This document shows, one piece after another, positions 10,148-16,618 of a stretch of DNA of 32,000 nucleotides (its first letter is position 1; each line of letters begins with the position of its first letter). The notes under the pieces were generated by a model. It made no database searches and was not told where the DNA came from. It was given only the letters and a program-made list of their open reading frames with translations. Where the stretch lies: positions 1,170,001 to 1,202,000 of the forward strand of contig NZ_JAGIOS010000001.1 in NCBI RefSeq assembly GCF_017876815.1. Direction: 5' to 3'. Origin of the DNA: Sinorhizobium meliloti. GTDB taxonomy: Bacteria; Pseudomonadota; Alphaproteobacteria; Rhizobiales; Rhizobiaceae. The translations under genes and the position numbers were made by a program.

Positions 10148-11107
10148 ATGCCCGCCAAGAGCCCCGTGATCGTCGACCTGAAATTCATTCCCGAGGAGGT
10201 CGAAGCCGCGCTTGCGGGCGCCTTTCCCGGCCGCGAGGTGATCGATCTCGCCGACCCGGCGCATCAGGAGCGTGACCTATCCGGCATCGACTATGCGGTG
10301 GTCTGGAAATCCGCGCCCGACCTCTTCTCCCGCGCACCCGACCTCAAGGTGGTCTTTTCCGGCGGCGCCGGCGTCGACCACGTGCTGACGCTGCCGGGCC
10401 TGCCCGACGTGCCGCTGGTGCGCTTCGTCGACCGGACCCTGACGACAAGGATGAGCGAGTGGGTGATGATGCAGTGCCTCCTGCATCTTCGCCAGCACCG
10501 CGCCTACGAGGCGCTGGCAAAGAAGCACGAATGGCGCGACCTCAGCCAGCCGGAAGCAGCCGACGTGACCGTCGGCATCATGGGCATGGGCGTGCTTGGC
10601 CAGGACGCCGCCCGTAAGCTCGCCGCGATGGGCTTCAAGGTGATCGGCTGGTCGCGAAGCAAGCGGGTGATCGAGGGTGTTGAGACCTACGACGCCGCCG
10701 GACTGGATGCATTTCTCGGCAGGACGGATTTTCTCGTCGGCCTGCTGCCGCTGACGCCGGATACCAGGGGTATCTTCAACGCCGCTCTCTTCGCCAAGCT
10801 CAGCCGGAACGGGCCGTTCGGCGCGCCCGTTTTCATCAATGCCGGTCGAGGCGGCAGCCAGGTCGAGGCCGACATCCTGGAGTGCCTCGATTCGGGTGTC
10901 CTGGGAGGCGCCTCGCTCGATGTCTTCGAACGGGAGCCGCTCTCCCCGGAAAGCCGCTTCTGGGACATGCCGAACGTCTATGTGACGCCGCATGTCGCCG
11001 CCTCGTCCGACGTCAGGGCGCTCTTCGTGCATGTGGAGCACCAGATCGCGCGCTTCGAGAGCGGGCTGCCCCTGGAGCATGTAGTGGATAAGGTAGCCGG
11101 CTATTGA
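10148..11107 (+). CDS. D-isomer-specific 2-hydroxyacid dehydrogenase (glyoxylate/hydroxypyruvate reductase A-like)
   Basis: Rossmann motif GIMGMGVLGQDAARKLAAMGFKV, then INAGRGG, then VTPHVAA (family catalytic Arg and His context). It starts only 10 nt after the yejF stop. Confidence 0.85.
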   Translation: MPAKSPVIVDLKFIPEEVEAALAGAFPGREVIDLADPAHQERDLSGIDYAVVWKSAPDLFSRAPDLKVVFSGGAGVDHVLTLPGLPDVPLVRFVDRTLTTRMSEWVMMQCLLHLRQHRAYEALAKKHEWRDLSQPEAADVTVGIMGMGVLGQDAARKLAAMGFKVIGWSRSKRVIEGVETYDAAGLDAFLGRTDFLVGLLPLTPDTRGIFNAALFAKLSRNGPFGAPVFINAGRGGSQVEADILECLDSGVLGGASLDVFEREPLSPESRFWDMPNVYVTPHVAASSDVRALFVHVEHQIARFESGLPLEHVVDKVAGY

Positions 11108-11127
11108 TTAGGCGCGCAGCGATCGCC

Positions 11128-11309
11128 GCTCACCCTAACCTTCTCCCCGCGCGCGGGGACGACCGCCCCTCACCCTAACCCTCTCCCCGCATGCGGGGAG
11201 AGGGGACGTACGCCACGGCGCGCCTGCGTGTGGAGATGGTGCGAAGGCGAACCCGCGATTCCCTTCTCCCCGCATGCGGGGAGAAGGTGCCGGCAGGCGG
11301 ATGAGGGGC
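11128..11309. repeat. RIME-like mosaic palindromic element. One full copy (11165-11309) is preceded by a partial extra left module (11128-11164).
   Basis: Left end GCCCCTCACCCTAACC, then hairpin CCTCTCCCCGC-at-GCGGGGAGAGG, a 53-nt spacer, hairpin CCTTCTCCCCGC-at-GCGGGGAGAAGG, then ...CGGATGAGGGGC. The two ends are imperfect inverted repeats. The same architecture occurs at 26218-26334. Confidence 0.85.
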
Positions 11310-11343
11310 GGCTGCGGCTCAAGAAAGCCGCAAAATCCGGGGA

Positions 11344-12210
11344 TCAAGGCCGCCGGTACCCCGTCGGCTGCGCATACAGCCAGCCGATGCGCCGGATGGC
11401 GTCTTCTAGGCCTTCGCGCGCCACCGTCATCGTGTGTCCGTTGGCATGCAGCAGGGTCTTCTCGTCCTCCATGATCGCCACATGGCCCTTCCAGAAGACG
11501 AGGTCGCCGCGCGTGAGTTCCTCGCGCTCGATGGCGCGGCCGAGGCCGCTTGCCTGCATGTCGGAATCGCGCGGCGCGTTGCGTCCGGCCATCTGCATCG
11601 CGAGCTGCACGAGGCCGGAACAGTCTATGCCGAAGCCGGAGCGGCCGCCCCAGAGATAAGGCGTTTCAAGAAAGCGGGCCGCGATTGCGACATAGTCTTC
11701 CGTGAGCGCGCCGGCTGCGGGAATGCAATGATCGGCGACGATCGCCAGCCCGCCATCCAGCAGAAAATAGCGCGTGCCGCGCGTCTCGGCCTCGCCGACG
11801 ACGGCAATCCGGCTTCCCATGGAAAGGGCAAAGGCCTGGGGAAAGCGCAGATCCGCGCCGCGATAGACGAATGTCCGCGGCACCGCCACGAGGTGCGTCG
11901 CCGGCGCTTGCGGGGGCTGCACGACATTCTCCGGTACGTAGCCGACATAGCCGTCGAGGTCGGACCTGACCCACGCCCATCCGTCGGCGACGTCGAGCAC
12001 GCGCACCGTCTCGCCATAGAGAAGCTCCGTATCCGTGCCGCAGCCGGCCTCCGGCCTCGCCCGCAGCGGCGTCACCGGAACGGATACGGCCGCCGGCGTT
12101 CCTTCAACGAAGCGCTTTGCCTCGACGAGACCGCGCAGACGTGCCTCGGCGATATCCTCGCGATAGGCATTGAGTCGGCGGTCGAGGACTTCTGGCATGG
12201 ATAAGCTCAC
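11344..12210 (-). CDS. Cytoplasmic NlpC/P60 (C40) peptidase with two N-terminal SH3b-like domains (YkfC / gamma-D-glutamyl-L-diamino acid endopeptidase-like)
   Basis: YLWGGRSGFGIDCSGLVQLAMQMAG (catalytic Cys) ...GDLVFWKGHVAIM...LHAN (His residues). SH3b-like GETVRVLDVADGWAWVRSDLDGYVGYV. I see no signal peptide. The start is GTG 12210, overlapping the MarR stop (ATGTGA), or ATG 12198. Confidence 0.85.
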   Translation of the reverse strand: MSLSMPEVLDRRLNAYREDIAEARLRGLVEAKRFVEGTPAAVSVPVTPLRARPEAGCGTDTELLYGETVRVLDVADGWAWVRSDLDGYVGYVPENVVQPPQAPATHLVAVPRTFVYRGADLRFPQAFALSMGSRIAVVGEAETRGTRYFLLDGGLAIVADHCIPAAGALTEDYVAIAARFLETPYLWGGRSGFGIDCSGLVQLAMQMAGRNAPRDSDMQASGLGRAIEREELTRGDLVFWKGHVAIMEDEKTLLHANGHTMTVAREGLEDAIRRIGWLYAQPTGYRRP

Positions 12211-12551
12211 ATTTTCCGGCCCTGATTGATGATCAAATCGCCGAATTTTTCAAGATAAAGCGCGCCTTCGACGGTGCGCTTTATGATGACGTTGCGCCTG
12301 TCGCGCTCGTCGCGGATCCGGTCGACCAGGCCGAGCGCACCCATGGTGTCGAGCGCGCGCGTGATCACCGGCTTCGTCACGCCGAGCGACGCTGCGAGGC
12401 CGCGCACCGTATGGGGCGGCGGCACGAGGTAGATCTGTAACAGGATCGCCATCTGGCGCAAGGTCAGATCGCGGCTGTCGACGCGCACCTGTTCGAGCGA
12501 CACGGCATGCCAGAGCCCCAGCGCCTGAGAAGGGGTAAGTTCGACCGGCAA
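12207..12551 (-). CDS. Short MarR-family winged-helix transcriptional regulator
   Basis: LTLRQMAILLQIYLVPPPHTVRGLAASLGVTKPVITRALDTMGALGLVDRIRDERDRRNVIIKRT is a typical MarR wHTH plus wing. The TTG start is preceded by AGGAG with a 6-nt spacer. The protein is only 114 aa. Confidence 0.8.
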   Translation of the reverse strand: MPVELTPSQALGLWHAVSLEQVRVDSRDLTLRQMAILLQIYLVPPPHTVRGLAASLGVTKPVITRALDTMGALGLVDRIRDERDRRNVIIKRTVEGALYLEKFGDLIINQGRKM

Positions 12552-12638
12552 AGGAAACTCCTGCGTGGATCACTGGTCCGGGAGCATAGCCGGCGACCGT
12601 TACGCAAGCGTTTCTTTGCAGCTCGATTGCGCGAATAG

Positions 12639-14030
12639 CTACCCCGCGATCCTCCCGATGTGATGATAAAGCGCCCGGATCGCCTGAGCTTCACCGCCGA
12701 TCGGCGAATGCGGGCGCTCGGACTGCGCCCAGCCGAAGATGTCGAAATGGACCCAGCTTTTCGCGTTCGTGACGAAACGCTTGAGGAACAGCGCCGCCGT
12801 GATCGAACCGGCCATGCCGCCGGACGGGGCGTTGGTGAGATCGGCGATGCGGGCGGAAACATCCTTGTCGTAGCCCCTGTAGAGCGGCATCCGCCAGACC
12901 GGATCGTCCACCGTCAGGCTCGCCTCGGCGAGATCGCGGGCGAGGTCATCGTCATCGGTGAAGAAGGGCGGCAGGTCCGGGCCCAGCGCCACACGGGCGG
13001 CGCCCGTCAGGGTCGCCATGTCGACGACGAGGTCCGTCTTCTCCTCGTCCGCATAGGCGAGCGCATCGGCGAGGATCAGCCGTCCCTCCGCGTCGGTGTT
13101 GTCGATCTGAACCGTCAGGCCCTTGCGGCTCTTGTAGATGTCGCCGGGACGGAAGGCATTCGCCGAGATCGAGTTCTCGACCACAGGAACGATGACGCGC
13201 AGGTCCACCTTGAGCTTCGCATCCATGATCATCAGCGCGAGCCCCATGACGTTGGCAGCGCCGCCCATGTCCTTCTTCATGAGCAGCATCGACGCGGCCG
13301 GCTTGATGTCCAGCCCTCCGGTATCGAAGCAGACGCCCTTGCCGACGAGCGTCACCTTGCGGTGACCCTTCCTGCCCCAGCGCATTTCAAGAAGCCGCGG
13401 CGCTTCGGCGCTGGCGCGGCCGACCGTGTGAACGAGCGGGAAGTTCTCGGTCAGCAGCGCTTCGCCGGAGATGACCGATACGTCGGCCTTGTAATGGGCG
13501 GCCAGCGCCCGGAATGCGGCCTCCAGCGCTTCCGGTCCCATATCGTTGGTCGGCGTGTTGATGAGGTCGCGCGCCAGGAACACGCCGGCGAGCTGCCGCT
13601 TGATATCGGTCGCATCCGAATCGGCCGGAATGAGCAGCGTCGGCGCGTCCGTCTTCGCCGATTTGTAGCGCTCGAAACGGTAGGAACCGAGGCCGTAGCC
13701 GAGAGCCAGCCGATTGGCGGTGAGCGGCGCCGTCTCGATATGCCATTTGCCGGCCGGAAGCGCCCGGGCGAGCTTGCCGGTCAGGAAAGGCGCGTCGGAC
13801 GGATTGGCACCGAGCCCGAAAAGCGCGCCGCCGAGATGACCATCGGCCGAGGGGATGAGCAGCACCGCGCCGGATTCCGCCTTGAAGCCGGCTTTCTTCG
13901 CCCAATCGAGCGCGATCGGATCGATGCTCCCCGTTTCGATATGCGCCGGCGTCACCGCAAAGATAGGCAGCGTCTTGCCGTTGCTGGTGTTGAACGGCGA
14001 TTGCCGCTCGATGAATTGAAAGGGGGCCAT
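12639..14030 (-). CDS. M17 leucyl aminopeptidase family protein
   Basis: VGKGVCFDTGGLDIKP and NTDAEGRLILADAL are the M17 metal-binding and catalytic signatures. The protein is 463 aa with no signal peptide. Confidence 0.9.
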   Translation of the reverse strand: MAPFQFIERQSPFNTSNGKTLPIFAVTPAHIETGSIDPIALDWAKKAGFKAESGAVLLIPSADGHLGGALFGLGANPSDAPFLTGKLARALPAGKWHIETAPLTANRLALGYGLGSYRFERYKSAKTDAPTLLIPADSDATDIKRQLAGVFLARDLINTPTNDMGPEALEAAFRALAAHYKADVSVISGEALLTENFPLVHTVGRASAEAPRLLEMRWGRKGHRKVTLVGKGVCFDTGGLDIKPAASMLLMKKDMGGAANVMGLALMIMDAKLKVDLRVIVPVVENSISANAFRPGDIYKSRKGLTVQIDNTDAEGRLILADALAYADEEKTDLVVDMATLTGAARVALGPDLPPFFTDDDDLARDLAEASLTVDDPVWRMPLYRGYDKDVSARIADLTNAPSGGMAGSITAALFLKRFVTNAKSWVHFDIFGWAQSERPHSPIGGEAQAIRALYHHIGRIAG

Positions 14031-14065
14031 GGGAATCCTCGACTGGCGGATACGAACAGGTGCGA

Positions 14066-14080
14066 TTAACGCTCCGTTAG
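14066..14080 (+). promoter_or_regulatory. CtrA-box-like motif upstream of the TPR (TadD-like) gene
   Basis: TTAA-cgctccg-TTAG matches TTAA-N7-TTAA with one mismatch. A further TTAAC lies at 14083-14087. The motif is about 80-95 nt upstream of ATG 14161. Pattern match only. Confidence 0.2.
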
Positions 14081-14160
14081 GGTTAACAGATTATTGCTGG
14101 AGTGAAAGTTGCGCCGCTTTTGTCTGGAGTTCCGGTGCAGGACTGGATGCTGGGGCTTCG

Positions 14161-14970
14161 ATGACGATGCAAGACAATTTCTCCTTCTCTTTGCGCCGGC
14201 TCGCAACGGGGGTTGCCGTTGCGATGGTGGCGCTGTCGCTCTCCGCCTGCGCCGGACAACAGGGCAGGAAGGAACTGACGACCGGATCCATCCCGAAGCT
14301 CACGAGGCCGGTGCAGTCGATGAACGCGACTGAACTGGCGGCCGCCGCCGAACGCATCGGCCAGGCCTATGAGCGCAATCCGAAGGATCGGGAAGCCGGC
14401 CTCAACTACGCCAATCTCCTGCGCATGACGGGCCGCAACGAACAGGCGCTTGCCGTCATGCAGCAGGTGGCGATCTACCATCCGGCGGACCGCGAGGTGC
14501 TCGGAGCCTACGGCAAGGCCCAGGCCGCAGCCGGTCAGCTGGAACAGGCGCTCGCAACGATCAGCCGCGCACAGACGCCGGACCGGCCCGACTGGAAGCT
14601 GAAATCCGCGGAAGGCGCCATTCTCGACCAGCTCGGCCGTTCCGCCGAGGCACGGCTGCGCTATCGCGAGGCTCTGGACCTCAAGCCCAACGAGCCTTCG
14701 GTCCTCTCCAATCTCGGCATGTCCTATCTGCTGACGAAGGATTTGCGGACCGCCGAGACCTACCTCAAATCCGCGGCGAGCCAACCGGATGCCGGCAGCA
14801 GCGTGCGCCAGAACCTCGCGCTTGCCGTCGGCCTGCAGGGCCGCTTCCAGGAAGCGGAAACCATCGCCGGCCAGGAACTGACATCCGAGCAGGCCGAGGC
14901 CAATGTCGCCTATCTGCGCTCCGTGCTGTCGCAGCAGGGCGCGTGGAAGCAGCTGGCGAAGGCGGATTGA
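14161..14970 (+). CDS. TPR-repeat lipoprotein (TadD-like pilus assembly accessory protein)
   Basis: I moved the start to ATG 14161 (MTMQDNFSFSLRRLATGVAVAMVALSLSAC|AG, a lipobox). The body shows repeated TPR-like helices (AGLNYANLLRMTGRNEQALAVMQQV..., ARLRYREALDLKPNEPSVLSNLGMSYL...). It lies next to the tad genes. Confidence 0.75.
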   Translation: MTMQDNFSFSLRRLATGVAVAMVALSLSACAGQQGRKELTTGSIPKLTRPVQSMNATELAAAAERIGQAYERNPKDREAGLNYANLLRMTGRNEQALAVMQQVAIYHPADREVLGAYGKAQAAAGQLEQALATISRAQTPDRPDWKLKSAEGAILDQLGRSAEARLRYREALDLKPNEPSVLSNLGMSYLLTKDLRTAETYLKSAASQPDAGSSVRQNLALAVGLQGRFQEAETIAGQELTSEQAEANVAYLRSVLSQQGAWKQLAKAD

Positions 14971-15016
14971 AGGTTGATCGCCCGGCACTGCCACCCCGCG
15001 CCGGGCGGCGGCACCC

Positions 15017-15067
15017 GCCCCTCATCCCGCTGCCGCGACCTTCTCCCTGCAGGCGGGGAGAAGGGAT
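15017..15067. repeat. RIME-like element, right-type module in reverse orientation; outer end of a composite element spanning 15017-16555
   Basis: GCCCCTCATCCCGCTGCCGCGACCTTCTCCCTGCAGGCGGGGAGAAGGG is almost the exact reverse complement of 26286-26334. Confidence 0.85.
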
Positions 15068-15079
15068 ATGCCGCCCTCT

Positions 15080-15186
15080 CTACAGCGCCGCGCGTCTTAT
15101 CAGACGCGCAAAGGTCGCTGTAGCACTTTGATCTGCTGCATGTTTTTGTCCTTTAATCGGATAGGATTAAAGGAAACATGCGGTAG
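15080..15186 (+). repeat. Structured intergenic repeat, family 2, copy 2 (embedded as the spacer of the composite mosaic element)
   Basis: By eye roughly 80 percent identical to the reverse complement of 3973-4078. Nested hairpins: ctacagcg/cgctgtag enclosing gcgcgtct-tatc-agacgcgc, then gcatgttt..cctttaatc / gattaaagg..aaacatgc. Confidence 0.8.
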
Positions 15187-15205
15187 GTCCCCTCTCCCCG
15201 CCTGC
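15187..15205. repeat. Left arm of a RIME-like hairpin module interrupted by the IS
   Basis: GTCCCCTCTCCCCGC is the reverse complement of the GCGGGGAGAGGGGAC arm seen at 26246-26260. Its partner arm GCGGGGAGAGGG is displaced to 16512-16523. Confidence 0.8.
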
Positions 15206-16506
15206 GCAGGGCTGTCCGGGGAAAATTCATGCATAGCGGAAGACCATTTGGTTTGGGATGGTCCGGGGTTTTGGTCGGCTTGGATTGACCTGCGGCGGCT
15301 TGTGGATTTCGGCGATGCTTTTGCGCTGGAACAGGCACTGGGTGACGAGGTCGGTGAAGCGCAGGATCGGTAGAGGGACGCGGGCGAGGCGGGCGGCGAT
15401 GCGCAACAGTGCATAGGCGATCATCGCCGCGAAGATCTGCAGGCGGATGGCGTTGTCGTTGTTGCCGAGGAACTTGCGGATCTTGAGGTGCTGTTTGATC
15501 CAGCGGAACAGAAGCTCGATCTGCCAGCGATCCTTATAGAGCTGGCCGATCTCGACGGCGGAGCGCTCGAGGTCGTTGGTCAGAAGCGTGATCGTATCGC
15601 CGTCCTGGCGCTTGACGATTACCCGGCGCAAGCCGATCGGCAGCTTGGAATCGCCCTTGCTGGCGAGGCTGACCTGGCTGTCTTCGAGGACCAGGAAGCC
15701 ATCGCCTTGAGGTTGCTCAACGGGGCGTTCAGCGACCAAAGCCAGTCCCATGTTGGTCTTCGGCCGGGTGACGAAACTGGCGCCGGCTTCGGCGATCGCC
15801 GTCCACCAGCCGTAATGGCAGTAGCCCTTGTCGAAGACATAGGTTGCGCCCTTTTCGATGGTGATCGTGCGGCCGATCTGGGCGTCGTTGACGTTGGCGT
15901 CGGTGATGTCGAGGATGCCTGGACAATCGGCCTTGGGATCATAGACGACATGCAGCTTCATGCCGCGGATGCGGCCGTTCGACTTGGCCCAATCGTACAG
16001 CTTACCCAGCGGGATCGGGGTCGAATCGATCAGCCGCAGCATCTTGGTGCCCTCCCGGCGCGTCTGCCGGTCGAGCTGACCGGCCAGAAGCGCGAAGGTC
16101 TCGGCGAAGACGGCGACCGGGCGGCGGCGGTTGGCGTCCGACAGCGTCGAGCGCATCAGCCGGCCACTGCCGAGATGGTAATGATGCTGACTGTTGGCGT
16201 TGAAGCTCGCCTCCAACCCGCGCAGGCTGGTCGTGGCGCTCAACTGGGCATAGATCAGTGCCACCAGATGATCCCAGCTGGTAAAGCACTTGTCGTAGGC
16301 ATCCCCGGCATGACGATCCACAATCGCCTGAAAGCTGCGGCGATCAATCGCTTTCAGCAGCTGGGCGAAAATGCTAGGGGTGAACCGCATGCTCCGTCTC
16401 CTTTTCTGAGTCTCGACAACCAGAAAATAGACGGAAAAACGCCGTCTGACGGGGCATGCGCCTGCGACATTTCGATTCACCCGGAACTTTCCCCGGACAG
16501 CCCTGC
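15206..16506 (-). mobile_element. Insertion sequence, about 1.3 kb, IS4/IS5-superfamily DDE type, with 19-bp perfect terminal inverted repeats
   Basis: Left end GCAGGGCTGTCCGGGGAAA (15206-15224) is the reverse complement of 16488-16506. There is a single transposase ORF, whose stop codon lies 3 nt inside the left IR. Boundaries are good to about +/-3 bp. I could not define a clean target-site duplication (flanks ctgc| and |cgctc). Confidence 0.85.
15227..16390 (-). CDS. DDE transposase (IS4-family-like)
   Basis: MRFTPSIFAQLLKAIDRRSFQAIVDRHAGDAYDKCFTSWDHLVALIYAQL... is an N-terminus common in IS4-type transposases. The C-terminal YKDRWQIELLFRWIKQHLKI is the Y-x2-R-x3-E-x6-K signature. ATG 16390 is preceded by AAGGAGA. 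The track start at 16570 reads through flanking repeat DNA. Confidence 0.9.
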   Translation of the reverse strand: MRFTPSIFAQLLKAIDRRSFQAIVDRHAGDAYDKCFTSWDHLVALIYAQLSATTSLRGLEASFNANSQHHYHLGSGRLMRSTLSDANRRRPVAVFAETFALLAGQLDRQTRREGTKMLRLIDSTPIPLGKLYDWAKSNGRIRGMKLHVVYDPKADCPGILDITDANVNDAQIGRTITIEKGATYVFDKGYCHYGWWTAIAEAGASFVTRPKTNMGLALVAERPVEQPQGDGFLVLEDSQVSLASKGDSKLPIGLRRVIVKRQDGDTITLLTNDLERSAVEIGQLYKDRWQIELLFRWIKQHLKIRKFLGNNDNAIRLQIFAAMIAYALLRIAARLARVPLPILRFTDLVTQCLFQRKSIAEIHKPPQVNPSRPKPRTIPNQMVFRYA

Positions 16507-16555
16507 CGCTCGCGGGGAGAGGGCTAGTCCTCGGGTTAAACCCGAGGAGAGGGGC
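16507..16555. repeat. Right part of the IS-interrupted RIME-like module plus an extra palindrome
   Basis: GCGGGGAGAGGG (16512-16523) is followed by the near-perfect palindrome TCCTCGGGTT-a-AACCCGAGGA (16528-16548) and a GAGAGGGGC end resembling the GATGAGGGGC terminus. Confidence 0.7.
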
Positions 16556-16618
16556 CAGCACAGCCGGCAAGAGGCGGCAATACCTTCAAGGGCGGGTAAA
16601 CCACCCTCGCCTTTCACC

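Noticed and set aside
11128-11309. Possibility that the recurring palindromes form a CRISPR array.
   Set aside because: There are only 2-3 units per site, the units are of two different types, the spacing is irregular, the whole unit has inverted-repeat ends, and no cas genes are in the window.
11135-11347. Small ORFs over the palindromic repeats (11135..11347, 11228..11659, 15153..15338, 15068..15373, 26223..26705) encoding ...SPRMRGEG / PSPRKRGEG-type peptides.
   Set aside because: They are translations of the repeat hairpins. The same peptide words recur wherever the repeat occurs, on either strand.
11344-12551. Reading the overlapping MarR/NlpC-P60 pair as a toxin-antitoxin or defence module.
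   Set aside because: The second protein is a 288-aa, three-domain peptidase with the standard architecture of a murein-peptide hydrolase. Nothing else nearby suggests defence. A regulator-enzyme operon is the simpler reading.
15206-16506. Idea that the IS inactivates the tad operon or the TPR gene.
   Set aside because: The insertion lies in the intergenic space between convergent genes: the TPR stop at 14970 and the tadC stop at 16619. Both ORFs are intact and full length.
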